Of a stretch of 64,000 nt of DNA, positions 53,078 to 64,000 are shown piece after piece. The position numbers and the translations under genes were made by a program. The notes under the pieces are model-generated. The model saw nothing but the letters and a program-made list of their open reading frames with translations, was not told where the DNA came from and ran no database searches. The stretch is taken from the NCBI RefSeq assembly GCF_006345805.1, contig NC_043004.1, forward strand, positions 63,984,001 through 64,048,000. The letters are read 5' to 3'. Every line of letters starts with the position of its first letter. Positions within the stretch are counted from its first letter, which is position 1. Source of the DNA: Octopus sinensis. Lineage: Eukaryota.

Positions 53078-53098
53078 GATAGATAGACAGACAGAAAG

Positions 53099-53136
<38 letters not shown>

Positions 53137-53164
53137 ACAGACAGAAAGAGATAGATAGATAGAC

Positions 53165-53207
<43 letters not shown>

Positions 53208-53218
53208 CAGACAGAAAG

Positions 53219-53253
<35 letters not shown>

Positions 53254-53322
53254 CAGACAGAAAGAGATAGATAGATAGACAGACAGATAGACAGATAGAT
53301 AGATAGATAGACAGACAGAAAG

Positions 53323-53365
<43 letters not shown>

Positions 53366-53771
53366 CAGACAGGCAGACAGGCAGATACTTACATATTTAT
53401 GTTAACAGATATATGTGTATATGTGTATATATATATATCTATGATTGTCAGCACACATAAATACAAACATATATATATAACTGACTGTTTCATTCACATC
53501 TAATTGATCTAATTGATAACAGTATATAATCACATTAGCAGACATATGTGATATGTTAACACGTGCATACACACCCACACTGACCACAAAGATCAATCTA
53601 TCAAAGTATCTATGAAGCTATCTGTTACGCTGTCTTTTTTCTCTTCTTTTATATCACTCTCCTCTTTCTCTCTCTCTCTCTCTCTCTCTATGTATTCCAA
53701 TCTGTATGTTTCTAGATAGATAAATACATACACCCGCAAACACACACACACACACACACACACATACACAC

Positions 53772-53827
<56 letters not shown>

Positions 53828-54662
53828 TACACAAAAGCTAACTTCTGTTTCTAACGAAAACACATTTCTGCTTCACTCTGTACATAAGCAATGTCAAAAT
53901 CGTTTTGTTTTTGTTCTTATGTTTTTTCTTTGGCTATCTGTTACAAAAACAAACCGATCAGACTGATTAGATTCAGTAATAATTACCATATCATCAGAGA
54001 TCAATTACTCTTTTCCTGAACCAAGAAGGAATGTATCCTAAAAAGTATTTATAGTAAATACAAACCCCGCTTAGACCTAAATTGGTGCGCCTGATTTACA
54101 TAACAGTACAAGCATAGAAAAGTAACATTAATAAATTACTAAAAGCACCTCACAGCTAATGAAATGAGTTGTAAATCCAATGTAATTAAATAGGTTTTTA
54201 GTAAACAAATACGGTAACATTACGGTGAAAAGCAAAGAACTATTCTTTTTGGCCACAAATATAAAGAAAAAATATTAACATATTCATAATTAATTATTTT
54301 CAAGTCTTATGCTGACTAATCTTTTTTGAACGTGTTTATAAGCATGCGTAAACCATTTCATTCGACTACTTCGGCGGCAAGAAACCTGTGCATCGATAGA
54401 TCAAAGATCTTCCTTACGAAGGAGACGTTGCACAATAAAAGGGAGACTTTTGAATTTATAATTATTGTGAAGATCCTGTTGCCCATAAGAGTGAATACTT
54501 TTCCGAATCGGAAGAATCTACTAAGAGTTTTTTCTATTTCGTTTTATTTTATTTAGAATTTATACTAAAAACTTATGGGTATTCTCTGTCTAGTGTGGAG
54601 ACAAAAGAAATTCGTATAGTACACACACACACGTAGGTAAACATACACACACGCATACACAC

Positions 54663-54697
<35 letters not shown>

Positions 54698-54745
54698 AAT
54701 GTATATGTACGTGTGTGTGTGTGTGTGTGTGTGTATAGATAGATA

Positions 54746-54822
<77 letters not shown>

Positions 54823-54865
54823 TAGATAGATAGATAGAAGATAGATAGATAGATAGATAGAGAGC

Positions 54866-54896
<31 letters not shown>

Positions 54897-55034
54897 ATAG
54901 TAGATAGATAGATAGATAGAAGATAGATAGATAGATAGATATGGAACGTGGAGACAAACTGAAAAATCCATACATATATGTAATTAATAAAAATAGCCGT
55001 GCGCAATGTGTTACCATATATTAATTTTTATATA

Positions 55035-55082
<48 letters not shown>

Positions 55083-55146
55083 CACGTATATACAATACAC
55101 GAGTTATCTATCTATCTATCTATCTATCTCTCTCTCTCTCTATATA

Positions 55147-55180
<34 letters not shown>

Positions 55181-55242
55181 GTATATATATATATACATAC
55201 ATATTTATATGTATATGTATATGTGTGTATATATATATACAT

Positions 55243-55300
<58 letters not shown>

Positions 55301-56256
55301 CTAGCAGCATAGCCCGGCGTTGCCCGGGTATGTAAGGCCCTCTAGTAGGCAACGACTAATCCCAATCTAGTCCTTTCCCTCTAGGGAACGAAGGCGCATG
55401 TGTAGGTTGCAATGTCTTCACTTCACTCGAATACCTCTGTGTATACGCTGTTCCTAGCTGTCCCTTTGGGCGAAAACATGAAAGCATCATTGCGCCTCCC
55501 AATGCGTGAACAGCCCACGTAGAGTTGACCGTGGGCGAAGCACTGTTCGCCCAACTGTAACCCAGCGACTTGTAGCGTTTGGCCTTGGGATTTATTGATG
55601 GACATTGCGAAGCAGAGTTTAACAGGAAACTGAGTACGCCTGAATTGGATTGGTAGGTCAGCGCCCGACGGTTGAAGGTGCATGCGTGGAATGAAGACGT
55701 CCTCTCCCTTCCCACAACGGGTAAGTATTGTGGCCGTCATTAAATGTGGTGGCAAATGTTTCACAACCAGACGTGTGCCGTTGCACTGTTTAGGTGGAAC
55801 CAAATTCCTGATGAGCATAATGGGCGCACCGACTTTTAACTTCAGGATGTGTGGCGGCAGGCCTGGCGGTTCAAGTGAATTCAGGAATTCAACAGGATAA
55901 TCGGCAAGCTCGGCGGGGTCTGCTCTCCTATCAATAGATTTGTAGACGTGGACATCACCAGGAATAGCTTCAAGTAGCTGGATATTGATGGAGTTGAGAG
56001 TTAAAAAGGTCGAGTTGCGTCCCCTAGACAGTCTGTGCTTTGTGTTTCTGATTCTCGACCCCATGTCGAATTTATCAATTTTTTTCAGAACTGGAGGAAC
56101 TTTTCAAAATTTTCGCTTCGTTGGTTTTGAATTATGACATTGGGCTATGGTGTGTCAAGTTTCATCAGAATCGGTTGAATGCTGTGGTCAGGGTGAGGGT
56201 ACAACCTGGCAGACACACAGACACACAGACAGACAAACTGCCGTTTATATATATAT
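55301..56256 (-). mobile_element. Internally deleted Helitron retaining the PIF1 helicase C-terminus
   Basis: 3' CTAG at 55301-55304 with hairpin CCCGGGCAACGCCGGG (55313-55328). 5' region TATATAAACGGCAGTTTGTCTGTC; the exact 5' end is lost in (TA)n. Confidence 0.92.
55423..56010 (-). pseudogene. Helitron RepHel C-terminal PIF1-family helicase fragment (open frame)
   Basis: YPVEFLNSLEPPGLPPHILKLKVGAPIMLIRN, CNGTRL, QFPVKLCFAMSINKSQGQTL, HGQLYVGCSR, NSVYTEV*. Confidence 0.93.
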
Positions 56257-56344
56257 ACATATATATATATATAATATTATATATCGATATATATATATAT
56301 ATATATATACAAACATATATATATATATATATACATGAGTGATT

Positions 56345-57030
56345 ATACCTCTTTCCAAATGCACATTACCAGGATGGCGACAAAGTGCAGACAACTGGCT
56401 GGATGAAGCCTAAGAACATTCAGAACCAAAGATAAGGAAACCATGATGGTCCTCTGGCGGACATTTGTCCTCAGCCGCCTGGATTACTGCTCACAGCTAT
56501 GATCACCCACCAGTGTGAAATTAATAGCGGACCTTGAAGCAATCCAGCTCAGCTACTGGGAAAGGTTGAAACTGCTAAGACTCTACTCCCTGGAGAGAAG
56601 ACGAGAGAGGTATGCAGTAGTATATATCTGGAAGATCCTGGAAGGAATTGTGCCAAATTTTGTAATTGAAAGCTACACCAATACCAGAACGGGACGACAC
56701 TGCATAGCGCCAAAGATCCCAGCAACGCCATCACGCTTCAGAACCAATTACTGCAACAGCTTGGGTTTCAGGGGCCCACAGCTTTTTAATATTCTCCTAA
56801 AGAGTCTGAGGAACTTGCACAAATGTTGCTGTAGGGTTTTTTAAATCAAAGCTGGGCCTCTTCCTGTCGAGAGTCCTAGATGAACCTACCTCATGGCAAG
56901 AGGTGCAAATGAGGGTAGCTATATAAAACTCCATTCTTCACCAAGTGTCACATATTAGAGGAGGCTCTTAGTAATAATAGTGTAGCAAAATGGCGGTGCA
57001 TCAGCATGGCGGCAGCTCTGAGGTGAAACT

Positions 57031-57033
<3 letters not shown>
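56345..57033 (+). mobile_element. CR1-type LINE 3' fragment
   Basis: LRTFRTKDKETMMVLWRTFVLSRLDYCSQL*SP, LEAIQ, LSYWERLKLLRLYSLERRRER, GPQLFNIL. Confidence 0.88.
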
Positions 57034-57068
<35 letters not shown>

Positions 57069-57308
57069 TATATATATATGTGTTGTGTGTGTGTGTGTGT
57101 GTGTGGTGTGTGTGTGTGTGTGAGAGAGAGAGCTGGCAGAATCGTTAGCACGTTGGGCATAATACTTAGCGGGCCATTTCGTCTGTCTTTACGTTTAAAT
57201 AACAATGGTGATTCAGCATAACCGTAGCTTTAAGCTGAAGTAATTTAAAGAATTAAAGAATATATATACATACATATATATGTGTATATATATATATTAT
57301 ATATATAT

Positions 57309-57361
<53 letters not shown>

Positions 57362-57489
57362 TTGTGTTGTGTGTGTATGTGTGTGTACGTATAAATGCAG
57401 GTCTAGACACGCACACAAACACACATATACACACATTTATAGTATCTCACAGAGCTATATATACCCTAAAAGTTTATTTGCTATATTCA

Positions 57490-58717
57490 ATATTTGCTGT
57501 GACCGCCCTTGCTTTCAATGAGGATATCAAGTCTTCTGGGCATAGCGTCGACTAAATTTCCGCATGTAACCGATGAAATCGACTCCTTTCATCCTGAATC
57601 TTATCTTTCAACCGTCATACGTTGCGGGTTTTTTCTTCTCAACCATCCTTTTCAAAACACCCCACAGCTGTTCTACTGGGTTTAAATCAGGTGACATGGT
57701 AGGCCAAGGCAGTACCTTTACCTTTTTATCTGATAAAAATTTAGTCATCATCTTCGAAGTGTGTTTATGGTCACTATCATATTGAACCACGGTATGTCTT
57801 CCTAGTTCCGTGATCAACATTGCTTTCTGCAATATTTCACAATAATCCTTGAATCCATTTTGTTTCAAGCAGGTACGTGCAATTGTCGCTATTATCTTCC
57901 CCTGGTCGTCACCATACTCATTTAATACTATCTGACCCAAACAAGTTGATTTTACTCTCGTCAAAATAAAGAATTTTATTCCAAAACTCCTTCCCCTTAC
58001 TCAAATGCGTTTCAGCAAAAGAAAGACGACTTGATTTATGCCTGGTAGTGAGTAGAGGTTTCATACAAAGAATGCATCCATGAAGACCACACTGGTTCAA
58101 ACTTCAGCGAACTGTTTGGGTGGATACACTCTTTCCACTAACAGAAGACACTTCTTGGGCCAAAGATGAAGCGGTACGACGCCTTTCGTCCATCACGCAA
58201 CGTTGGATGTAGGAATATCACGCGCATTTAAAATAAAGGGATGACCTGAACGAAGTTTATGCTTAGCCATCCAGTACCTTTGTACTTCTGAATTACTTTG
58301 GCAATGTGTTTACGCTAATATCTATTCGTTTGCTAACTAACTTGTATCCTAAACCATTCTTGTGCAATTTAAAAATATTTTTCTTCCAATCGTCAGACAA
58401 TTCTTTTCCTTTTGGTGCCATTTTAATCACAATAAAGAAGACTTTCACCACGGTACGCAAATCAGAATTCCTGCAATAACAATGACCGGTGCAAAAAGGC
58501 CAGGAGAAATAATTTATTTGAATTAAAATTATCAGCAATATCTCAATTTAGTAAAAAAATGGATAAAATTTTGAATATGCATATTTCCTTTAGGGTGTAC
58601 ATATTTTTGTAAACTTTGAAAATTAATATTTCTTTCATATATTTTTCAATACTATTATTAAAATACTGGCAATTTTACTCAAATTTGTTGGGGGCGTACA
58701 CACTTCTGTGATATACT

Positions 58718-58718
<1 letters not shown>
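57490..58718 (-). mobile_element. Decayed Tc1 (IR/DR type) transposon
   Basis: MAPKGKELS (ATG 58421), KPLLT, YFDESKINLFGSD, QYDSDHKHTSK and WPTMSPDLNPVEQLWGVLK. The 5' TIR CAGTATATCACAGAAGTGTGTACGCCCC has an inner repeat at ~58591-58610. Confidence 0.9.
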
Positions 58719-58756
<38 letters not shown>

Positions 58757-58793
58757 TACAAACGTACTTTCGTACACACACACACTCACACAA

Positions 58794-58844
<51 letters not shown>

Positions 58845-58847
<3 letters not shown>

Positions 58848-59137
58848 TGTTCCTTCTCAAGCGATGCATGGCTTATAGGGCCGGTTTTTCGGTTACCTTG
58901 GCGTATAGATTCCCACCTGGACGGGACGCCGGCCCGTTGCAGGTGAGCTGCAAGATGCAGAAAGAAAGAGTGAGAGAAAGTTGTGGCGAAAGAGTCAGCA
59001 GAAGTTCGCCATTACCTTCTGCCGGAGCCGCGTGGAACTTAGGTGTTTCGCTCATAAACACACACATCACCCGGTCTGTGATTCGAACCCGCGTTCCCTC
59101 GACTGCGAGTCCGCTGCTCAAGCCACTAAGCCATATG
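58845..59137 (-). mobile_element. SINE family C, body type 3 (V-domain-like)
   Basis: Related head and linker; the body cctgcaacgggccggcgtcccgtccagg resembles the V-SINE core CCTGCGATGGACTGGC..CC..TCCAGG. Confidence 0.8.
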
Positions 59138-59142
59138 CAAAT

Positions 59143-59174
<32 letters not shown>

Positions 59175-60490
59175 AACATTATTGGTGAATTGAAGAAATG
59201 GAGCTGAACGCAGATTGAACAGAAATCGTTTTATTTCATTCTACACGTGTTTCGAAAGGCACAAATTACCAAAATCCGATTGAATAATGGGACCATATTG
59301 TGTCTTTCTCTTCAGGAAGAAAATAGGAAATCCGTTGGAAAAACAAAAACAGAACAGAGGCGGAGCAAAAACAAATCGAACTATGCTCCTAAGAGCCCAT
59401 GGCGAAACTGTTTATCAGTGTATGTTGAGAACCGGTGGCTGAAGAATTCAACGGGTCAGGCATCGGTCAATCATGTGGGTGAGGGTGTGTAGATGTTCTT
59501 TGTGACCGAGAATAAAGTTCTGACTATTTAAGGAATATTGGATGTTTATAAGGGGCGAGAAAAAATCTACTTAGAGACGTGTGTGTGTGTGTTACTGTTC
59601 TATATATGTGTGTGTTGGCGTAGGGGTAGAAAACATTTTTGTGTACGTGTGTGCGTTTGATCGTTCGGCTGTCAGTGAGAACCGTTGGGTGGCAGAAAAA
59701 AAATATATATATATTATGTTTTATGTGTGTGTGGTTCATCTAAGCCTGCCTTGTCAAGGAAACCCCCCGCTGTGAAAAAACCAAGCCCCGTTTGTCTTAC
59801 AGGAGTAATTCCCCTTGCAGTGGTTAATCGTAGATATCTTAAAGGCTATTTCAGAATTTGTTACAAGGGCTATGGGTGCCGGTATTATTTATAAACGCTA
59901 TTTAAAGCCAGATAAGTGTAACGCCGCCAATGGGGGCATCGAAAAGCCGACTGTAAAAGCCCGTTTACCATCCGGCCTCTGGCAAACAAAATATGGAAGA
60001 GTTCGGAGACATAAAGGTTGCACTGCCTTCTGCCCCTATCAAATGGGAGGGCCACCGACAAAATTGACCATTCCAGCCTGTAGCTTAAGTTCGTATCTTT
60101 CAGTCGCCATATTAGCTTACTGAGTCCCGTGGTCTGGCGCTTGTTCATGTCCCGAAAGTTGCGTAATGGTTGGAGACACGCAAAGACAATCTTGAGGATG
60201 AGGCCCCTACATAAGTGAAGACATCTGAGTCCGTGTAAACTTGCATTGGTAGACGGCGTTTTTGATCTTGGAGTTCGCCGACGTGAATCTTATTCTGCTA
60301 GGATTAGTTTCTGAAATTAGAACTGCGTTCCTGTCACTATATTCGTTCCGAGACCTGCAGCCGCTTACTACTCTATTTTCCACTACGTCACTATTAACTA
60401 TAGGAATAACCCCTGATTCTCCACTATCTATCAGAGTGCTGTCATTGCTACTGCCCGTGGTGCTGCTATTGCGGGAAATGATGCTGGGGA
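59175..60490 (-). mobile_element. 5'-truncated Penelope-like element: GIY-YIG remnant plus pLTR
   Basis: KNAVYQCK/VYTDSDVFTYVGASSSRLSLRVSNHYATF and TTGLSKLIWRLKDTNLSYRLEWSIL...QCNLYVSE, followed by a non-coding region containing a hammerhead. Confidence 0.88.
59232..59325 (-). ncRNA. Type I hammerhead ribozyme
   Basis: Stem I TATTTTCTTC/GAATGAAATA; core CTGAAGA (59315-59309); stem II GAAAGACACAA/TTGTGCCTTTC; GAAA (59253-59250); palindromic stem III ACACGTGT; GUA cleavage triplet (59244-59242). Confidence 0.85.
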
Positions 60491-60986
60491 TGCTATATAT
60501 ATATATATATAACCTACATACATAACGAAAGAGAAAAAAGATCAAGTATATCTAGGCGAAATCGCTTTTAAGCAATCTGCAGAGATCGAGCTCACCTAAC
60601 TAAATTGTCCAATTAAGGACGCATTTATTGCACTTTCTAGAACATACCCAAGTTATAAATTTGTTTACAAACACCGAAGTAATTTGGTACATTGACCGCT
60701 GAGAATATTAGAAAAACCAGAACGAATTAATTAGCGATTTCATGTGCAACATGCGTTTCAAATAGAATGGCATCCGAAACTGCTGAATGTTGCAGAATGC
60801 ATATGTAATCGATTTAATATCTTATTGAGTTAAATGCTACTGGGAGAGAGAGAAGGAGAGAAAGAGAGAGATTGAGAGAGAGGGGGAAGAATTATGTCCC
60901 ATTCTACAGCTTTAAGAATGGTGCCTCTCTCTCTCTGTCTTTTTCTGTCTCTCTCTATCTATCTGTCTCTGTCTCTCCATCTCACT

Positions 60987-61030
<44 letters not shown>

Positions 61031-61316
61031 CGCTCGCTCGCTCACTCGTTCGCTCCAGATGAAACAAAATATGAACATTACATCGTTAGCTGACACAAAC
61101 ATTGTGACCAGCTAATGCGACCAGAGAGAAATAACATAAATGAATGTTCCAATGAACGCTACATTGCTGTCTAACAATATTCACAATCCATGTAAGGTGG
61201 CATCGGTGTATGCTACATGGTTCTGGTGTCTGTCAAAAATGTTACTTCGTGATCATTTTACCACTTTATTATTATTTCTTTTATAGTAATGCTGACGGAT
61301 GAAGAGAAAACATTTA

Positions 61317-62583
61317 TTAGGTCATCCCATAAGTTCTGTCCGATTTTACCTTTTTTAAAATTGAATGAAATTTAATAGTAATTTAGAATGTCTTAATGGA
61401 ATTAAAAATTATTTTTATGCATTTGTGTACATTTAAACTAATTGAATATTATTTTACAGAATAATAGGATTAACATTTCTTTGATTAAAACCCTTTGTAA
61501 CATGGAAGTATCCACAGGGCATTTGAGGCATATAATGCTTTGTGGGTACAAAAAAGGAAACTCTGCAGCCGAAGTGACTCGAAACATACACTCAGTTTAT
61601 GGGAAAGAATGCTTGAATGAAAGAACTTGCAGAAGATGGTTTGCAAAATTCAGAAGTGGAGATTTCAGCCTTGAAGATGAAGATCGGACAGGACGTCCAG
61701 TTGAGTTTGATGATAAGCTCCTTGAGGCATTACTTGAAGAAAATCCTGCATTATCAGTTGAAGAATTGGCAATAACATTTAGTTCAAACCATACAACTGT
61801 TCATCGTCATGTTCAACAACTTGGAAAGGTTCCTAAACTTGGAAAATGGGTGCCTCGTGAATTGTCCGAAAGCAACCAAAAATCCTGAGTTGACATCTGC
61901 TCTTCTCTCTATTCTCGCGAACTCATTTCACCCTTTTTGGTTAGACTTGTGACTGGTGATGAAAAATGGATCTTCTATTGAAATGTTAAATGTTGTAAAC
62001 AGTGGCTTGGTAAAAGGGAAAAAGCTCAACTACAACTGAAAAAGGTTCTTCTCTCTATCTGGTGGGATTGCAAAGGAGTAATTCACTTTGAATTGTTACC
62101 ACCTAATGCAATAATCAATCTTCGATTCTAATGTCAGGAATTAGAGCGCTTGAACCAAGGTTTGAAGAAAAAAAGACCCGCTTTAGTGAATCGGAAAGGA
62201 GTGATGTTTCATCAGGACAATGCGCAACCGATACTGCAAAAATTACATTACAGAAGATCGAAGTGCTTCGTTGAGAAAAATTTCCTCATCCACCTTATTC
62301 TCCCGACCTTGCTCCTTCAGACAACCATTTGTTTCGTAGTTTACAGAATCATTTGGGCGACATAACTTTTGCAAGCCAGGAGGTCGAAACTCACATTTCA
62401 GAGTTCTTCGGTTTGAAACCAAATGAGATATACATTGATGGAATTAAAATGCTTGTAAATAGATGGAAGGAAGTCATAGATAATCAGGGAAAGTACATTG
62501 ATGATTAAATTTCAATTAAATATAACATTTGATCACTTGTTTTCTTTATTCAAAATTCGGACAGAACTTATGGGATGATCTGA
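61317..62583 (+). mobile_element. Near full-length mariner (cecropia/Hsmar1-like), transposase disrupted
   Basis: TIRs TTAGGTCATCCCATAAGTTCTGTCCG and CGGACAGAACTTATGGGATGATCTGA with TA on both sides. The ORF 61502-62508 has WFAKFRSGDFSLED, WVPRELS, VTGDEKWI, HQDNA and HPPYSPDLAPSD, plus stops and frameshifts. Confidence 0.95.
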
Positions 62584-62649
62584 TATATTACACTGTTGTT
62601 TCTGAATGTGGCTCCAATGTTAATAGCGTGATACTCATCTCTATAAATG

Positions 62650-62687
<38 letters not shown>

Positions 62688-62689
<2 letters not shown>

Positions 62690-63081
62690 CGCAGGAGTGG
62701 CTGTGTGGCAAGTAGCTTGTTTACCAGCCACATGGTTCCGGGTTCAGTCCCACTGCGTGGCACCTTGGGCAAGTGTCTTCTACTATAGCCTCGGGCCGAC
62801 CAAAGACTTGTGAGTGGATTTGGTAGACGGAAACTGAAGAAGCCCGTCGTATATATGTATATATATATGTGCATGTATGTTTGTATGTCTGTGTTTGTCC
62901 CCCAACATCGCTTGGCAACCGATGCTGGTGTGTTTATGTCCCCGTTACTTAGCGGTTCGGCAAAAGAGACCGATAGAATAAGTACTGGGCTTACAAAGAA
63001 TAAGTCCCGGGGTCGAGTTGATCGATTAAAAAGGCGGTGCTCCAGCATGGCCACAGTCAAATGACTGAAACAAGTAAAAGA
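62688..63081 (+). mobile_element. SINE family A, full-length young copy
   Basis: ggcgcaggagtggctgtgtgg (A box), ggttcagtccc (B box), CORE-like caccttgggcaagtgtctt and tail ggcggtgctccagcatggcc..tgactgaaac. Confidence 0.93.
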
Positions 63082-63440
63082 GAGAGAGAGATATCTATAT
63101 ATATAACATTGGGATTTCGATAACCTCTGTATGAAGATTTAATGTTTGTTCATGCAAAACATGGAATTACATAGAATATTGGATTTGACTAGATAAGTGT
63201 AAAGGAATACAAATTTTCATAGGACTTTGAACTTTCAACACTATTTTCAGTGGTGACCGTACCCTCCAATCTTTTCTTGTCTTTGCCATCCTACTTCTTA
63301 AATGTGACATCTTGAAGGGTCTTACAAATATATTGATAGGTGTACAACGGGAAGCAAAAAAAAAGAAAAGAAAATTCTTTGTGATGAAATTTCAATGCAT
63401 TGATCACAACAAATAAAAAAGAAACCTCTCGCTCTCTCTC

Positions 63441-63521
<81 letters not shown>

Positions 63522-64000
63522 CTGTCTACCTATCTCTGTCTATCTATTTATCTATCTAGTTATCTATCTATTTAGCTAACTACATATCTATCCTTTAATG
63601 TATCCTGAAAACCTTTTCTCTCCCTCTCTCTCTATTTCACCCCCTCTTTACCTTTCTTTCTCTCTTTCCCCTATTTTCCAAGAAAAACAAAAACCTTTTC
63701 TCCTCTTCTAAACGAAGCAAGAAAGCATCCGATTCATATAAATGAACAACGAAACGTTCTGTTTTAACATTTTGACTTAGATATGATCTTGAGGAATTCG
63801 ATAAACGAACAAAAGAATTATCCAAGATTCAAAAACTAAAAACTAAAATTTAGACCGCCTCTTTTTTCACAATATACAATAACTGTACACCTCTTCACGG
63901 TTATTTTCAATATTTTTCTCGTTGTATAGCGTGATCGTTCCTTTTTTGCATCTTTTTTTATTTTATTTTTGATCTTATATGTAAATAAAAATGTTTCCCA

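Overview
This is AT-rich eukaryotic DNA with very dense microsatellites. The SINE repertoire and repeat load look cephalopod, probably Octopus (inference, not verified). I see no intact multi-exon host gene, rRNA, true tRNA gene or CRISPR array, and nearly all long ORFs in the track are read-through of simple repeats. The window is mostly transposon remains: four Tc1/mariner elements, two Helitrons with a shared 3' terminus, at least two Penelope-like elements, a CR1-type LINE end and likely piggyBac and MULE relics. It also holds a 7.5-16.4 kb cluster of same-strand RLE (R4/Dong-like) LINE fragments in (TAA)n, a second RLE family in (TACA)n, and three tRNA-derived SINE families. The best second-look items are a canonical type I hammerhead ribozyme fold (59232-59325, -) downstream of a Penelope GIY-YIG remnant, and a fold-back carrying two variant hammerheads whose tip holds sequence matching a neighbouring mariner. 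Also notable are one SINE head joined to three different bodies, a SINE and CR1 sharing a 3' tail, a frame-preserving 45-bp repeat, and a candidate signal-peptide first exon (18419-18481, -). Family calls come from motifs read by eye, and boundaries of decayed elements are approximate.
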